A stretch of 64,000 bases of DNA, taken from positions 44,645-108,644 of the forward strand of contig JBBDYG010000071.1 of the NCBI GenBank assembly GCA_040901765.1, written 5' to 3'. Origin of the DNA: Pirellulales bacterium (GTDB lineage Bacteria; Planctomycetota; Planctomycetia; Pirellulales; Lacipirellulaceae). The translations under genes and the position numbers were made by a program. The number at the start of each line of letters is the position of its first letter. Positions within the stretch are counted from its first letter, which is position 1. Shown one piece after another: positions 1 through 9,364 of the stretch. The notes under the pieces are model-generated. The model saw only the letters and a program-made list of their open reading frames with translations, made no database searches and was not told where the DNA came from.

Positions 1-311
1 GCGGCGCACGGGCCGTCGAGGACGGCACTCAGCGTGTTGTCCACGCAGCGATTACCGGCCGGGTCGCAGTATCCGCCGCACAGACCTTGCCCCGGGCCGC
101 AGCCATCGGCGGCCGGGTAATCGAGAGCCCCAGGCACCGGGCAAGCGTTGCGACCTATCGCCGGGCGTGGCGCCATCCGCGATTGGGCCACGTGACATGG
201 ATCGCACGAATCGCCGCATCCCGCGCCGCGCATGCCGCGCGGCCCCACGCCCTGGCAGCCGGCGCTCGACACCGCGAGCGCCACAGCCAGCGCCGTGTAC
301 AGAGTCTTCAT
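1..311 (-). CDS. putative Cys-rich lipoprotein (N-terminal part only; ORF runs off window start)
   Basis: Own minus-strand translation from the ATG at 309-311 gives MKTLYTALAVALAVSSAGCQGVGPRG... That is a signal peptide plus lipobox (SSAGC) followed by a Cys/Gly/Pro-rich region, with no stop to position 1. An AAGGGGG RBS-like motif lies about 9 nt upstream. The ORF is absent from the supplied track; the competing track ORF 52..408 reads as Arg-rich off-frame sequence. Confidence 0.4.
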   Translation of the reverse strand, partial: MKTLYTALAVALAVSSAGCQGVGPRGMRGAGCGDSCDPCHVAQSRMAPRPAIGRNACPVPGALDYPAADGCGPGQGLCGGYCDPAGNRCVDNTLSAVLDGPCA

Positions 312-347
312 CAGATTGTCCCCCCTTCAACTCACATCGCCGCGACA

Positions 348-372
348 GCCGTCGCACCACGTGCGACATGGC
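348..372. repeat. REP-like GC hairpin, copy 1 (GTCGCAC-CAC-GTGCGAC core with GCCG/CGGC extension)
   Basis: gccGTCGCACcacGTGCGACatggcggc. Same family as the copies at 23130, 28234, 32834 and 34094. Intergenic position. Confidence 0.6.
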
Positions 373-434
373 GGCGTCTAATGTCCGTTGTGGTGGTATC
401 GGCGGCATAACCCGCAGAGTTGAGTGAAAGAGAG

Positions 435-512
435 GGCTGTCGGCTCTCGGCTGTCGGCGTTCGGCCAGAAAAAAATGGCAGTCGCTCTCCTTCTGGCCGA
501 TACCCGACAGCC
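435..512 (+). promoter_or_regulatory. nested palindrome / conserved 5' element upstream of ABC exporter (GGCTGTCGGC x2, GGCCAGAAAAAAA, inverted CCGACAGCC)
   Basis: Direct repeat ggctgtcggc at 435 and 449. Inverted partners ttctggcc and cccgacagcc at 491-512, with an A7 run between. The motif GGCTGTCGGC-NN-TCGGCCAGA recurs at 52855-52890 upstream of, or within the 5' end of, the OMF gene. Confidence 0.35.
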
Positions 513-622
513 TTATCCGCTAGTTGCTATCATCCCCGCTGATCTTTGTGCTCGCAGCGGCTTCTGCTACAACGGCCAACCTTGCTGGCACCCCCGCCCG
601 AACCCTCCCCCGCCCTCTGCGC

Positions 623-2620
623 ATGAGTCAATTCGCCCGCGCGCTGAAACTCGCCCTTCGCCATCGGCTGAACGTCGCGGCCTGTGTGGTTACGTCGCTA
701 TTGGTGGCAGTGCTGTGGGCCGCCAATTTGGCCGCCATCTATCCCATCGTCGACATGGTGATGCTCAAAAAGACCATCCCCATGTGGCTGGCCGAGCAAG
801 TTGACAGCAACACCGCCAAAGCCCGCGAGCTCGACCACGATTTGATCGCTCTCGACAAACAGCTTGCGGCTGCCAAACCCGATGATTTGATGAGCCTGCG
901 CGGCAAGATCGCCAACGCCAAGTTCTACCGCGATCGTCACCAGGAGAAGGCCGAATACTACGGCTGGGTGCTGCCCTGGGCTCAGCGATGGCTGCCCAAT
1001 ACGCCCTTCAAGACGCTGATTGCGGTCTGCATCTACGTGCTCGTCGGCACGCACCTCAAGAATGTATTTCGGGTCGCCAACACGCTGCTGGTGGCACGGT
1101 TGGGAAACATTGCCACCCAAAATCTTCGCAATGAGTTCTACAACCACATGCTGCGGCTCGACATGGCCGACTTTACTGACCAAGGCCGGGGCGATTTGAT
1201 GAACCGCTGCACGGGTGACCTGAACAACGTCGGCAACGGCGTGCAGGTGCTGTTCGGCATGGCAGTCCGCGAACCGCTCAAGATGATCGCCTGTCTCGTG
1301 ATGGCAGCCTGCGTAAGCTGGCGGCTCCTGCTGTTGACAATCCTCATCGCGCCTCCGACCGGGCTGGCCATCCACTGGCTCGCCAAAGCGCTCAAGCGGG
1401 CCAATCGCCGCGCGATGGAAGAGCTCTCCTCCATCTATGAAACGCTCACCGAAACCCTCAGCGGCATCAAGCTGATCAAAGCCTTTACCATGGAGCCATC
1501 CGAGCGAAGCAAGTTCCATCGGTCGTCGCGAACTTACTACAAGCGGCAGATGAAGATCGCCTGGTACAATGCGCTTGTTAGCCCCGTCACCGAGAACCTG
1601 GGTATCGGTATGGTGGTGCTCGCCGCGCTCGCGGGGGGATACCTCGTTTTGAATGAGCAGACCCACTTGTTTGGAATTCGCATCAGCAACGATCCACTGA
1701 CGCACGGGATGATGAGCGTGTTCTTCGCGATGCTGATCGGCATGAGCGACCCCGCGCGGCGGCTGTCGGAAGTGTTCAACAACCTTCAATCGGCCGTCGC
1801 AGCCAGCGATCGCGTGTATCAGGTGCTCGACCGCGAGCCGCAGATTCTCGATCCCGAAGATCCGGTCCGCCTGCCTGAGCCGGTGCGATCGATTCGGTTC
1901 GACAACGTGTCGTTCAGCTACGATCCCGAGAAACAAGTGCTCCGCGAGATAAATCTGGAGGTGTCCGCTCGCGAGACGATCGCCATCGTCGGCCCCAACG
2001 GCTGCGGCAAAAGCACGCTCCTGTCGCTCCTGCCGCGGTTTTTCGATCCGACCGATGGGGCGGTGCTTCTGAACGGCGTCGATCTACGCACCGTGCGGCT
2101 ACGCGACTTGCGGTCGCGGATCGGTGTCGTATCCCAAGAAGTGCTGCTGTTCAACGACACGGTGGCGGACAACATCGCCTACGGGGCGCTCGACGCCAGC
2201 CAGCAGGCGATCGAGGCCGCCGCCCGCAAGGCACACGCCCACGGCTTCATCGTCGATAAACTCGCCGACGGCTACCAGACGCTCGTCGGCCCCGGAGGCA
2301 ACCGGCTCTCCGGCGGCCAGCGGCAGCGGATCGCCCTCGCCCGGGCGATCCTCCGCGACCCCGAGATTCTGATCCTCGACGAAGCCACGAGCCAGATCGA
2401 CCTCGAGAGCGAACAGCTCATTCACCAAGTGCTCGAGGAATTCACCCGCGACCGCACGACGCTGCTCATTACCCACCGCATGAGCACCATCTGCCTGGCC
2501 GACCGCGTGGTCGTGATGGACAAGGGCCAAATGCTCGACGTCGGCACCCACGACGAACTTGCCGAACGTTGCACGCTCTATCGCCGGCTATGCGACTTGG
2601 GATATCGCGAGAGCGCGTAG
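623..2620 (+). CDS. ABC transporter, fused permease/ATP-binding exporter (MsbA/ABCB-like)
   Basis: Walker A GPNGCGKST, ABC signature LSGGQRQRIALARA, Walker B ILILDEAT, and six-TM exporter domain. Start placed at the internal ATG (MSQFARALK) because the 524 upstream extension is hydrophobic and lacks an RBS. Unusual ~100 aa coiled-coil insert after TM1. Confidence 0.85.
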   Translation: MSQFARALKLALRHRLNVAACVVTSLLVAVLWAANLAAIYPIVDMVMLKKTIPMWLAEQVDSNTAKARELDHDLIALDKQLAAAKPDDLMSLRGKIANAKFYRDRHQEKAEYYGWVLPWAQRWLPNTPFKTLIAVCIYVLVGTHLKNVFRVANTLLVARLGNIATQNLRNEFYNHMLRLDMADFTDQGRGDLMNRCTGDLNNVGNGVQVLFGMAVREPLKMIACLVMAACVSWRLLLLTILIAPPTGLAIHWLAKALKRANRRAMEELSSIYETLTETLSGIKLIKAFTMEPSERSKFHRSSRTYYKRQMKIAWYNALVSPVTENLGIGMVVLAALAGGYLVLNEQTHLFGIRISNDPLTHGMMSVFFAMLIGMSDPARRLSEVFNNLQSAVAASDRVYQVLDREPQILDPEDPVRLPEPVRSIRFDNVSFSYDPEKQVLREINLEVSARETIAIVGPNGCGKSTLLSLLPRFFDPTDGAVLLNGVDLRTVRLRDLRSRIGVVSQEVLLFNDTVADNIAYGALDASQQAIEAAARKAHAHGFIVDKLADGYQTLVGPGGNRLSGGQRQRIALARAILRDPEILILDEATSQIDLESEQLIHQVLEEFTRDRTTLLITHRMSTICLADRVVVMDKGQMLDVGTHDELAERCTLYRRLCDLGYRESA

Positions 2621-2640
2621 CATTAATCACGACGACGATC

Positions 2641-3663
2641 CTACAAATAATCCTTGTCCTGAAGGATCATGCTGGGCAGGTCCATGTTTGACCGCTTGTC
2701 GAATAGGGTCATCAGCGCTTGGTACACGCGATAGTCGATATCTTGCCGTAGAAAAATTGCCCGGCCGCTACCGAAAACGACGTTGACGCCATTGGAGTGA
2801 TAGCTCGACGGCCGGGCGTTGATCGAGTTGAGCTCGCTCTCGTTTTCTGCGCCTTCCTTACACGTTCCCCTTGTAAACCGCCTGCTCACTGAGTTCTCGC
2901 ACTTGCCACCGCCAGATGTGCGGTACAGTGGCTCTTCGTTGATTCTGGCCCCTGTGGGCGGTATTCCTTCCTTGGTGTTATGCCAGAAAAATACGGGATT
3001 CCAGGTGCGATCCTTCAACTGCGGAAAAAAACTTGGATCGGTCACGAGCGCCGGCGGGTTGTTCTCATCGAAGCCATTCCAGCCGATTTCGTCGAAGAAG
3101 GTGGCGGTCGTGCTTTCGGAGTAAATCAACGTGTATTCTCGCCCATCCCGCCAATGTCCTTCCAATGTTTCGTACTCCGGATGGAATATCCGATTATGGA
3201 AGACGCCATCGGGAATGTTATCGTCCACCACACTCCCGGCACGTCCGCCATTGGCAACATAGGAAGTCACAGATCCTTCACGAGGTTTCGCTGCTTCGCT
3301 CGGGCATAGCAACATGCTCACATACCCGTCGGGACGGACTCCCGTGTGATACGCTTCGTACAACTTCTGCTGTTCGAGGCCGGGAAGCAGTAGGACCGCC
3401 CAAGTCGTTGTCAAATCAGCGTTCTTCGACACGGTATTTGCAGCCTGCAACTTGTCGAACAGCCCCGGAAACCTACGCAACCGCTCTTCAAATTGAAGCG
3501 TTGCAAGTCCTAACTGCCGCAGGCTGCTGAGACACTGAGTGCGCCGCCCACTTTCCCGCGCACTTTGCACCGCAGGGAGCAACAACGCCATCATCGTCCC
3601 AATAATGGCGATCACCACCAACAACTCGACGAGGGTAAACCCGCGTGAATGCGACTTGGCCAT
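2641..3663 (-). CDS. DUF1559 protein with prepilin-type N-terminal cleavage/methylation motif (planctomycete H-X9-DG family)
   Basis: [23 protein letters not shown]-terminus and C-terminal YHSNGVNVVFGSG variant of the H-X9-DG motif. AGGAGA RBS upstream of the internal ATG at 3663. Paralogs at 33042 and 37565. Confidence 0.8.
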   Translation of the reverse strand: MAKSHSRGFTLVELLVVIAIIGTMMALLLPAVQSARESGRRTQCLSSLRQLGLATLQFEERLRRFPGLFDKLQAANTVSKNADLTTTWAVLLLPGLEQQKLYEAYHTGVRPDGYVSMLLCPSEAAKPREGSVTSYVANGGRAGSVVDDNIPDGVFHNRIFHPEYETLEGHWRDGREYTLIYSESTTATFFDEIGWNGFDENNPPALVTDPSFFPQLKDRTWNPVFFWHNTKEGIPPTGARINEEPLYRTSGGGKCENSVSRRFTRGTCKEGAENESELNSINARPSSYHSNGVNVVFGSGRAIFLRQDIDYRVYQALMTLFDKRSNMDLPSMILQDKDYL

Positions 3664-3952
3664 GACACGTTTCTCCTGAGTTCCTCCGCTGTTCCGAACC
3701 GGCCGCCGGCGCACGACCGGCAACCCTGACTCGCAATCAGTCTACCGATTTATTCACCGTTTGTCGAACTTTTCCCCCAGCCTGGTTGGGCAGGGCATCC
3801 GCCCGCCGGGGGCGAGGCTCCCGCCAACCCTGAGGCAAGGTACACGGATCAGGCTCCGCTGGAGCGTCGCTCTCCCAGCCGCGACTGGATACGATTAGAA
3901 AGATCGCCGTGGTCGCGGACGACGCGGCTCGCGCCGCCCAGCACTTGTCTTC

Positions 3953-3988
3953 CAATCCTAAATCCCAAATCTGAAATCCCAAATCCCA
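3953..3988 (+). repeat. 7-bp-period tandem array AATCCCA-like x5, ending exactly at the radical SAM start codon
   Basis: aatccta aatccca aatctga aatccca aatccca then ATG at 3989. No SD sequence is present. Same architecture as the arrays at 29985-30090 and 48280-48370. Confidence 0.6.
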
Positions 3989-4903
3989 ATGCCCGCCCAC
4001 CAGCTCCACACCCTGCACGAGCGTTTGTTCGAGGCGAACCGCTTCGCCTATCCCGTGCTCAGCCGCCGGTCGGGCGGGATTTCCGTGGGCGTTAATCTGA
4101 ACCCGGACAAGGTTTGCAACTTCGATTGCATCTACTGCCAAGTGGACCGCCGCTCGCAGAGCGAGACGCGGTTTGTTGAGACCGAACAGCTTTTGGAAGA
4201 ACTGGACGCCGTACTGGACGCGGTCACGAGCGGCGCGATTTACGAAACCGAAAAGTTCGGCTCGACCCCACCCCACCTGCGGCGACTGAACGACATCGCC
4301 TTCTCCGGCGACGGCGAACCGACAACATTCAAGAACTTTGACCAGATCATCCAGGCCTGCGCGGACTTGAAGCGCCAGTTCGAATCGCGCATTCAGCAAT
4401 CCGCAATCCCGGGTACCCTCTGGGTGCCGCAATCCGCAATCAAACTCGTTCTCATCACCAACGCCAGCATGTTCCACCGGCTCCACGTCGAGCGCGGACT
4501 GGCGATTCTCGACCAGAACAACGGAGAGATTTGGGCCAAGCTCGAAGCGGGCACCGACGAGTACTATCACCTCATCGAGCGCACGCCGATTCCGTTCCGG
4601 CGGATTCTCGATAACATCACCGCCGCCGCCCGCGTGCGGCCGCTGGTGATTCAGTCGCTCTTCATGCGCGTCGCCGGCGAGCCGCCTGCGGCTACGGAGT
4701 TGGAAGCGTTCTGCGACCGCTTAAACGAAATCACTGCCGCCGGCGGCCAGTTGAAACTGGTGCAGATTTATACGATCGCCCGCCGCCCGGCGGAATCGAT
4801 TGTTACGCCGCTCGAAGATGCGGAGGTGGATGCAATAGTGGACTTGGTGCGCCAGCGGACGGGGTTAAATGCGCTGGGATTCTACGGCAGCGCGGAGTAT
4901 TAA
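3989..4903 (+). CDS. radical SAM domain protein
   Basis: CNFDCIYC (CxxxCxxC) cluster near the N-terminus, with a GDGEPT motif downstream. Confidence 0.75.
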   Translation: MPAHQLHTLHERLFEANRFAYPVLSRRSGGISVGVNLNPDKVCNFDCIYCQVDRRSQSETRFVETEQLLEELDAVLDAVTSGAIYETEKFGSTPPHLRRLNDIAFSGDGEPTTFKNFDQIIQACADLKRQFESRIQQSAIPGTLWVPQSAIKLVLITNASMFHRLHVERGLAILDQNNGEIWAKLEAGTDEYYHLIERTPIPFRRILDNITAAARVRPLVIQSLFMRVAGEPPAATELEAFCDRLNEITAAGGQLKLVQIYTIARRPAESIVTPLEDAEVDAIVDLVRQRTGLNALGFYGSAEY

Positions 4904-5019
4904 GGAGCGGACGCACAATAACTTCCGCAATTTCGGAGAAAGGCGAGATTTGAACCGCGGCGCCGCAGGATTGACGTTCCGTATAGCTACACGAAGGCAA
5001 GAAAACGACGCAAGTTTTA

Positions 5020-5217
5020 GCCACGGATGGAACACCGATGGACACGGATGAAAACAAAGAATAAAGAACACTAATCAGATTCAATCGGCACTAATCCAGA
5101 AGAAAGCAGTCCGTCGGGTTCCTGATTAGCGAAGATTAGCGCCGATTAGTGTTCCTTAACTCTTCCTTGTTAATGCATCCGTGTTCAATCCGTGTTTCAT
5201 CCGTGGCTAGCATCTTC
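5020..5217. mobile_element. MITE-like palindromic element (CGCTAAT/CACGGATG family), copy 1
   Basis: About 200 bp imperfect palindrome. cacggatg-type repeats x3 at each outer end (10-11 bp phasing). ctaatc / gattagcg x3 at the inner ends (10 bp phasing). Lower GC than surroundings. Intergenic between the radical SAM gene and dapL. No ORF of its own. Confidence 0.5.
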
Positions 5218-5338
5218 TCCCCCGTATATCTGTGGCTCTGCGGCTTTTTTCATCGAGGGGAGTTGTGTTTGGGTCGGTATTAAGAGTACGTCGCACGCCC
5301 CGTTGTTGTCGCCCCTTCTCCGCGTTAATCTACGAGGC

Positions 5339-6571
5339 ATGAACGACCCCTACTTCCAATCGCTGTTCGCCGACCGCATCGGCGGGGCCAATTACGGCAA
5401 AGGCACCGCCATCTACAAGTTCGAGAAGATCAAGCGCGCCAAGCGCAAGGCGCTGGCGGAGCACCCGGAGCGGAAGCTGCTTGACTTTGGCATCGGTGAG
5501 AACGACGCGATGGCCCCCGAGAGCGTTCGCCGCGTGATGGCAGGCGAGATCGACAAGCCCGAGAACCGGGGCTACGCCGACAACGGCATCGCCGCGTTCA
5601 AAGAAGCCGCCGCCCGGTTCATGCACCGCGAGTTCGGCGTCGCACTCGACCCCGTGACAGAAATCAACCATTGCATCGGCTCGAAGCCCGCGCTCGCCAT
5701 GCTGCCGGCCTGCTTCGTAAACCCCGGCGACATCACGCTGATGACCGTGCCGGGCTACCCCGTGGCCGGCACCCACACCGGCTACTACGGCGGCATTGTT
5801 TACAAGCTGCCGCTGCTGGCCGAAAACAACTTCTTTCCCGACCTGAAGAGCATCCCGCTCGATATTCGCGCGCGGGCCAAGATGCTCGTGCTGAACTACC
5901 CCAATAGCCCCACCGGCAAGACGGCCACTCGCGAGTTTTACGAACAGGTCATCGAGTTCGCGCTGGCGAACCATTTGATCGTCGTGCAAGATGCCGCCCA
6001 CGCGATGCTCTCCTTCGACCGCGAGCCGAACAGTTTTCTTTCGGTGCCCGGCGCGAAGGACGTCGGTGTCGAAGTCCACTCGCTGTCGAAAGGCTTCGAC
6101 ATGATCGGCTGGCGAATGGGCTGGGTCTGCGGCCACGAACGGATCGTCCGCGCGTTTGCCGACGTGAAGGACAACAGCGACTCCGGCCAGTTCATCGCCA
6201 TTCAGAAAGCCGCCGCCGCCGCGCTCGATGACCCCGAAATTCCCAAGCGAACCCGCGCCAAGTATCGCCGCCGACTCGAAAAACTCGTAGCTACACTTAA
6301 GCGCTGCGGCTTCAATTGCGAAATGCCCGGCGGCACGTACTTCCTTTATACGCCGGCGCCGAAGGGCCTTGCGGATGGCTCCAAGTTCGAGAACGCCGAA
6401 GCGGCAAGCCAATACCTCATCACCGAGCAATCGATCTGCACCGTCCCCTGGGACGACGCCGGGGCGTATCTCCGCTTCAGCGCCACCTACGAAGCCGCCG
6501 ATAAGGCGGCGGAAGACCAGTTGATGCACGAGACGGAGGAGCGGCTGAAGGGAATTGGGCCGGTGTTCTGA
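5339..6571 (+). CDS. dapL: LL-diaminopimelate aminotransferase (class I/II aminotransferase)
   Basis: Remembered DapL-like blocks: KLLDFGIGEND, NNFFPDL, YPNSPTGKTATREF, SLSKGFDMIGWRMGW. 411 aa from the internal ATG (MNDPYFQSLF), matching DapL length. The track's upstream extension is hydrophobic off-frame sequence. Confidence 0.75.
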   Translation: MNDPYFQSLFADRIGGANYGKGTAIYKFEKIKRAKRKALAEHPERKLLDFGIGENDAMAPESVRRVMAGEIDKPENRGYADNGIAAFKEAAARFMHREFGVALDPVTEINHCIGSKPALAMLPACFVNPGDITLMTVPGYPVAGTHTGYYGGIVYKLPLLAENNFFPDLKSIPLDIRARAKMLVLNYPNSPTGKTATREFYEQVIEFALANHLIVVQDAAHAMLSFDREPNSFLSVPGAKDVGVEVHSLSKGFDMIGWRMGWVCGHERIVRAFADVKDNSDSGQFIAIQKAAAAALDDPEIPKRTRAKYRRRLEKLVATLKRCGFNCEMPGGTYFLYTPAPKGLADGSKFENAEAASQYLITEQSICTVPWDDAGAYLRFSATYEAADKAAEDQLMHETEERLKGIGPVF

Positions 6572-6588
6572 CGGCGCAGTTAATCGCC

Positions 6589-6801
6589 TCATTGTTTCCA
6601 AAGCGTTCCCCACATTTGGCGCGTATTGGTGTTGCCCTCTGCGTTTGACCCACATTGAAGGGCCGCTTGTTTTGCTTCAACCTCCTTGAAAACGTGGTAG
6701 GAACCTTTGGTCGTCTTGAAGACGATGTACGACTCACCTTCTTTGCCGTCGAACATTCGAATGTCGAGTCCTAGCCCCTTACGTTTTCCTTTCGTCGCCA
6801 T
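6589..6801 (-). CDS. small hypothetical protein (70 aa) in low-GC islet
   Basis: MATKGKRKGLGLDIRMFDGKEGESYIVFK... with a GGAGA RBS 9 nt upstream of the internal ATG. Local GC is about 48% versus ~62% for the genome. Confidence 0.45.
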   Translation of the reverse strand: MATKGKRKGLGLDIRMFDGKEGESYIVFKTTKGSYHVFKEVEAKQAALQCGSNAEGNTNTRQMWGTLWKQ

Positions 6802-6858
6802 CGCAGAATTCTCCAAATGTGCTAGACTCCAAGGCGTAGCTAGCATTAGGATACCAGT

Positions 6859-7131
6859 ATGAGTTATGAATTCCAAGCAATCTACGAACACGGCATCTTA
6901 CGCCCCCTGGCGCCGCTTGCTCTGCCCGAGGCTGCGAAGGTCATTGTGGCTGTGCGCGCCATCTGCGGCCCAGTCGGAGGAGGCTCGATATTGACTCCCG
7001 ATGAGTTATCGCGGCAGCAAGAGGCTCTCAACGCCATGTTCGCCAGGGTGGATCGCTTGCCACAGACCCCTCGCAATGATGGCCTCTCGAACCGGGACCA
7101 CGACCAAATTCTGTACGGTTCACCAAAATGA
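6859..7131 (+). CDS. DUF104-type antitoxin (VapB-like partner of PIN toxin)
   Basis: MSYEFQAIYEHGILRPLAPLALPEAAKV matches the DUF104 N-terminal pattern. ATGA overlap with the downstream PIN gene. Confidence 0.65.
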   Translation: MSYEFQAIYEHGILRPLAPLALPEAAKVIVAVRAICGPVGGGSILTPDELSRQQEALNAMFARVDRLPQTPRNDGLSNRDHDQILYGSPK

Positions 7132-7523
7132 TCTTCGTCGATACGGGAGCATGGTACGCGCGATACGTCGCCGAGGACGATGATCATGAAGCAGCGGTGA
7201 ATTGGTTTGCAGCCGTTCCGGACCGCTTGATTACCACCGACTATGTGATCGACGAACTGCTGACGCTTCTGAAAGTCCGCGGTTATCCAGACGTCGCATT
7301 CGACGTCGGAGGCCCGCTTATCTCTGGAATAGCCTGCCAGCTTGAATACGTGCAGCCCGACGACATCCAGCGATCCTGGTCAGTGTTCTCGACTTTCCGC
7401 GACAAGGAATGGAGTTTTACTGACTGTACAAGCTACGCAGTTATTGAGCGGTTGGCAATCAAGGTCGCATGCGCTTTCGACCAGCATTTCCGTCAATTTG
7501 GGAAGATTGTTGTTGTACCGTAG
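7128..7523 (+). CDS. vapC: PIN-domain toxin (VapC family)
   Basis: MIFVDTGAWYA...D..HE.A N-terminal PIN signature and a C-terminal FTDCTSYAVIERLAIKVACAFDQHF block. 4-nt overlap with the upstream antitoxin. Confidence 0.75.
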   Translation: MIFVDTGAWYARYVAEDDDHEAAVNWFAAVPDRLITTDYVIDELLTLLKVRGYPDVAFDVGGPLISGIACQLEYVQPDDIQRSWSVFSTFRDKEWSFTDCTSYAVIERLAIKVACAFDQHFRQFGKIVVVP

Positions 7524-7561
7524 AGCGCGAACCAGCTAGCCGCTGCGCATGTCTCTACCCC

Positions 7562-7960
7562 ATGCGATGCCCTGCACAAAAGTCTGCCCGCAAACGATCC
7601 GAGAACACCGATTCCGCGCTGGCCAAGCCCTTGGCGCCGGAAGACGTGCGCTGCGGAGATTTCGTGGCGGTGCTCCACGTCATCTGTGAGGTGCCATCAT
7701 ACTTCTGGTCCGCCGAGTCGTTCCGCTTGCCACACGATGAGCTGGTGAGGCTCCAGCACATCCCCGATGACGCGGGCGTTCCGCTCAAGGTTAAGTCCGT
7801 TTGCTTGCCTTTCGTTTTCGCGACAGATTCCGCAGGCGAGCGAAAGACGCTCGACCTACGCAAATGCCGGCTCGCTCGGCTCGATCGGGCGTACGCCAAG
7901 GCCGCATGGAAGGCGTGCCGAAAGGCCCATCGCAAACGGCAAAGCGCAAAAGCAAAATGA
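7562..7960 (+). CDS. hypothetical protein with Lys/Arg-rich C-terminus
   Basis: Open frame from the internal ATG after the VapC stop. No recognisable motif. Kept at low confidence. Confidence 0.25.
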   Translation: MRCPAQKSARKRSENTDSALAKPLAPEDVRCGDFVAVLHVICEVPSYFWSAESFRLPHDELVRLQHIPDDAGVPLKVKSVCLPFVFATDSAGERKTLDLRKCRLARLDRAYAKAAWKACRKAHRKRQSAKAK

Positions 7961-8110
7961 GACTTCATGCCTGAACCGACACGGCTTTCAATCCTTGCTC
8001 AAAAACGATATAGAATTTCGTTGTGCCAACTTCGTGCGCGCAGAGCGTGGCACAGTGGCACAAACTGAGAACACCGGGCAGCCGTCCAGGCGGGGTGGCT
8101 CGAAACACCG

Positions 8111-9223
8111 TTATGCCAGAGTAAACTCCGGCAGCCGCACGATCTCGCCCCCCTTTAGCGCCGATTCGTGCGCGCAAATGCCGGTGCAGGTCCAGTTGGC
8201 GCTCTGCACGGCGTTCGGCCAGGGGTCGCGGTCGGCGGCAAGCGCTTGCAGGAACTCGTTCACCAGATGCGGATGCGAGCCGCCGTGACCACCGCCCTGT
8301 ACGAACGACAGGTGAGAGGAATCGTGGATCGCCCGCGTGAACTGCTGGATTTCCTTCGGTAATAAATGTGCATAGTCGGGCACCTCCACATGCGCGGCGA
8401 TTTCCGGTTCGGGCTTCTTCGCCGTGTGAATTACGTGCTCCTCGTTCTCGACAAGCGTCCATTCAAAACTCTTCTTCGTGCCGTACACGTCAAAACTTTC
8501 GCGGTACTGCCGGGCTACGTCGTACAGGCAGCGCCAAATGTGGGCAGCGATGTCGGAGTCCTTGATCTTGATGTGACAGCTTTCGACGGCAAACTTGTTG
8601 CCCGACTTCCTAGCGATGTCGTCGCGCACCGTGCCAGAGCCAAAGCAGCTCACGTACTCGGCCCGGCCGTTCACGATGCCCAGCACGGGGCTGACGACGT
8701 GCGTGGCGTAGTGCATGGGGATCATCTTTTCCCAATAGGCGGGCCAGCCGTCCATGTCTTGCGGGTGCGAGGCGGCCAAGTGCTGAATCTGGCCCAGCTC
8801 ACCCTTGTCGTACAGTTCCTTGAGGAACAAAAACTCGCGGCTATAAACCACCGTCTCGGCCATCATGTACTTGAGGCCGGTCCGCGCGACCGTTTCGCAA
8901 ATCTGACGGCACTCGTCGATGGTCGTGGCCATCGGCACGGTACACATCACGTGCTTCCCCGCCTCCAGCGCCCGCAGGCTCATCCAGGCATGGTCGGGAA
9001 TCGGGCTGTTGATGTGGACGAAATCGACGTTCGGATCGGCCAACACGTCGTCATAGTTTGTGAACCGCTGTTCGATCCCAAAGTGGTCGCCGATCTTATT
9101 CAGTTCGGCCGCATCCCGACGGCAGATTCCATAGATGTTTCCAAGCGGGTGCTTCTGGTAAATGGGGATGAACTCCGCGCCAAAACCGAGACCGATCATT
9201 GCGACGTTGAACTGCTTGGCCAT
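8111..9223 (-). CDS. Gfo/Idh/MocA family NAD(P)-dependent oxidoreductase
   Basis: MAKQFNVAMIGLGFGAEFIP Rossmann N-terminus with an EAGKHVMCTVP block. GGAG RBS before the internal ATG at 9223. Confidence 0.8.
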   Translation of the reverse strand: MAKQFNVAMIGLGFGAEFIPIYQKHPLGNIYGICRRDAAELNKIGDHFGIEQRFTNYDDVLADPNVDFVHINSPIPDHAWMSLRALEAGKHVMCTVPMATTIDECRQICETVARTGLKYMMAETVVYSREFLFLKELYDKGELGQIQHLAASHPQDMDGWPAYWEKMIPMHYATHVVSPVLGIVNGRAEYVSCFGSGTVRDDIARKSGNKFAVESCHIKIKDSDIAAHIWRCLYDVARQYRESFDVYGTKKSFEWTLVENEEHVIHTAKKPEPEIAAHVEVPDYAHLLPKEIQQFTRAIHDSSHLSFVQGGGHGGSHPHLVNEFLQALAADRDPWPNAVQSANWTCTGICAHESALKGGEIVRLPEFTLA

Positions 9224-9364
9224 GCCCGTGTGTCTCCGTTGGAAACTGTTTAGTTTTTGATTCTTCCGCTTGTTATACACAAGTCGCCGCAGGATGGGAG
9301 CCGTATTGTAGCTGAACTCGCAAGAGTTCAGGGCGTCTGCAATCGTTGAATTCTTGCGAATTAG

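Noticed and set aside
52-410. Track ORFs 52..408(-) and 87..410(+) at the window start
   Set aside because: Arg-rich off-frame products. The alternative minus-strand frame from 311 has a convincing lipoprotein signal peptide and was preferred.
698-1936. Long antisense ORFs inside real genes (e.g. 698..1936-, 5330..6655-, 12785..14161-, 33144..33866-, 31721..32644-)
   Set aside because: Arg/Ala/Gly-rich compositions typical of the opposite strand of high-GC coding DNA. Each is fully contained in a gene with strong motif evidence on the other strand.
4921-5010. tRNA-like string on the minus strand (GGTTCAAATC T-loop-like motif near gcgagatttgaaccgcgg)
   Set aside because: No 5-bp T-stem pairing, no D-arm or acceptor-stem complementarity, no CCA context. 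More likely part of the flank of the MITE-like element.
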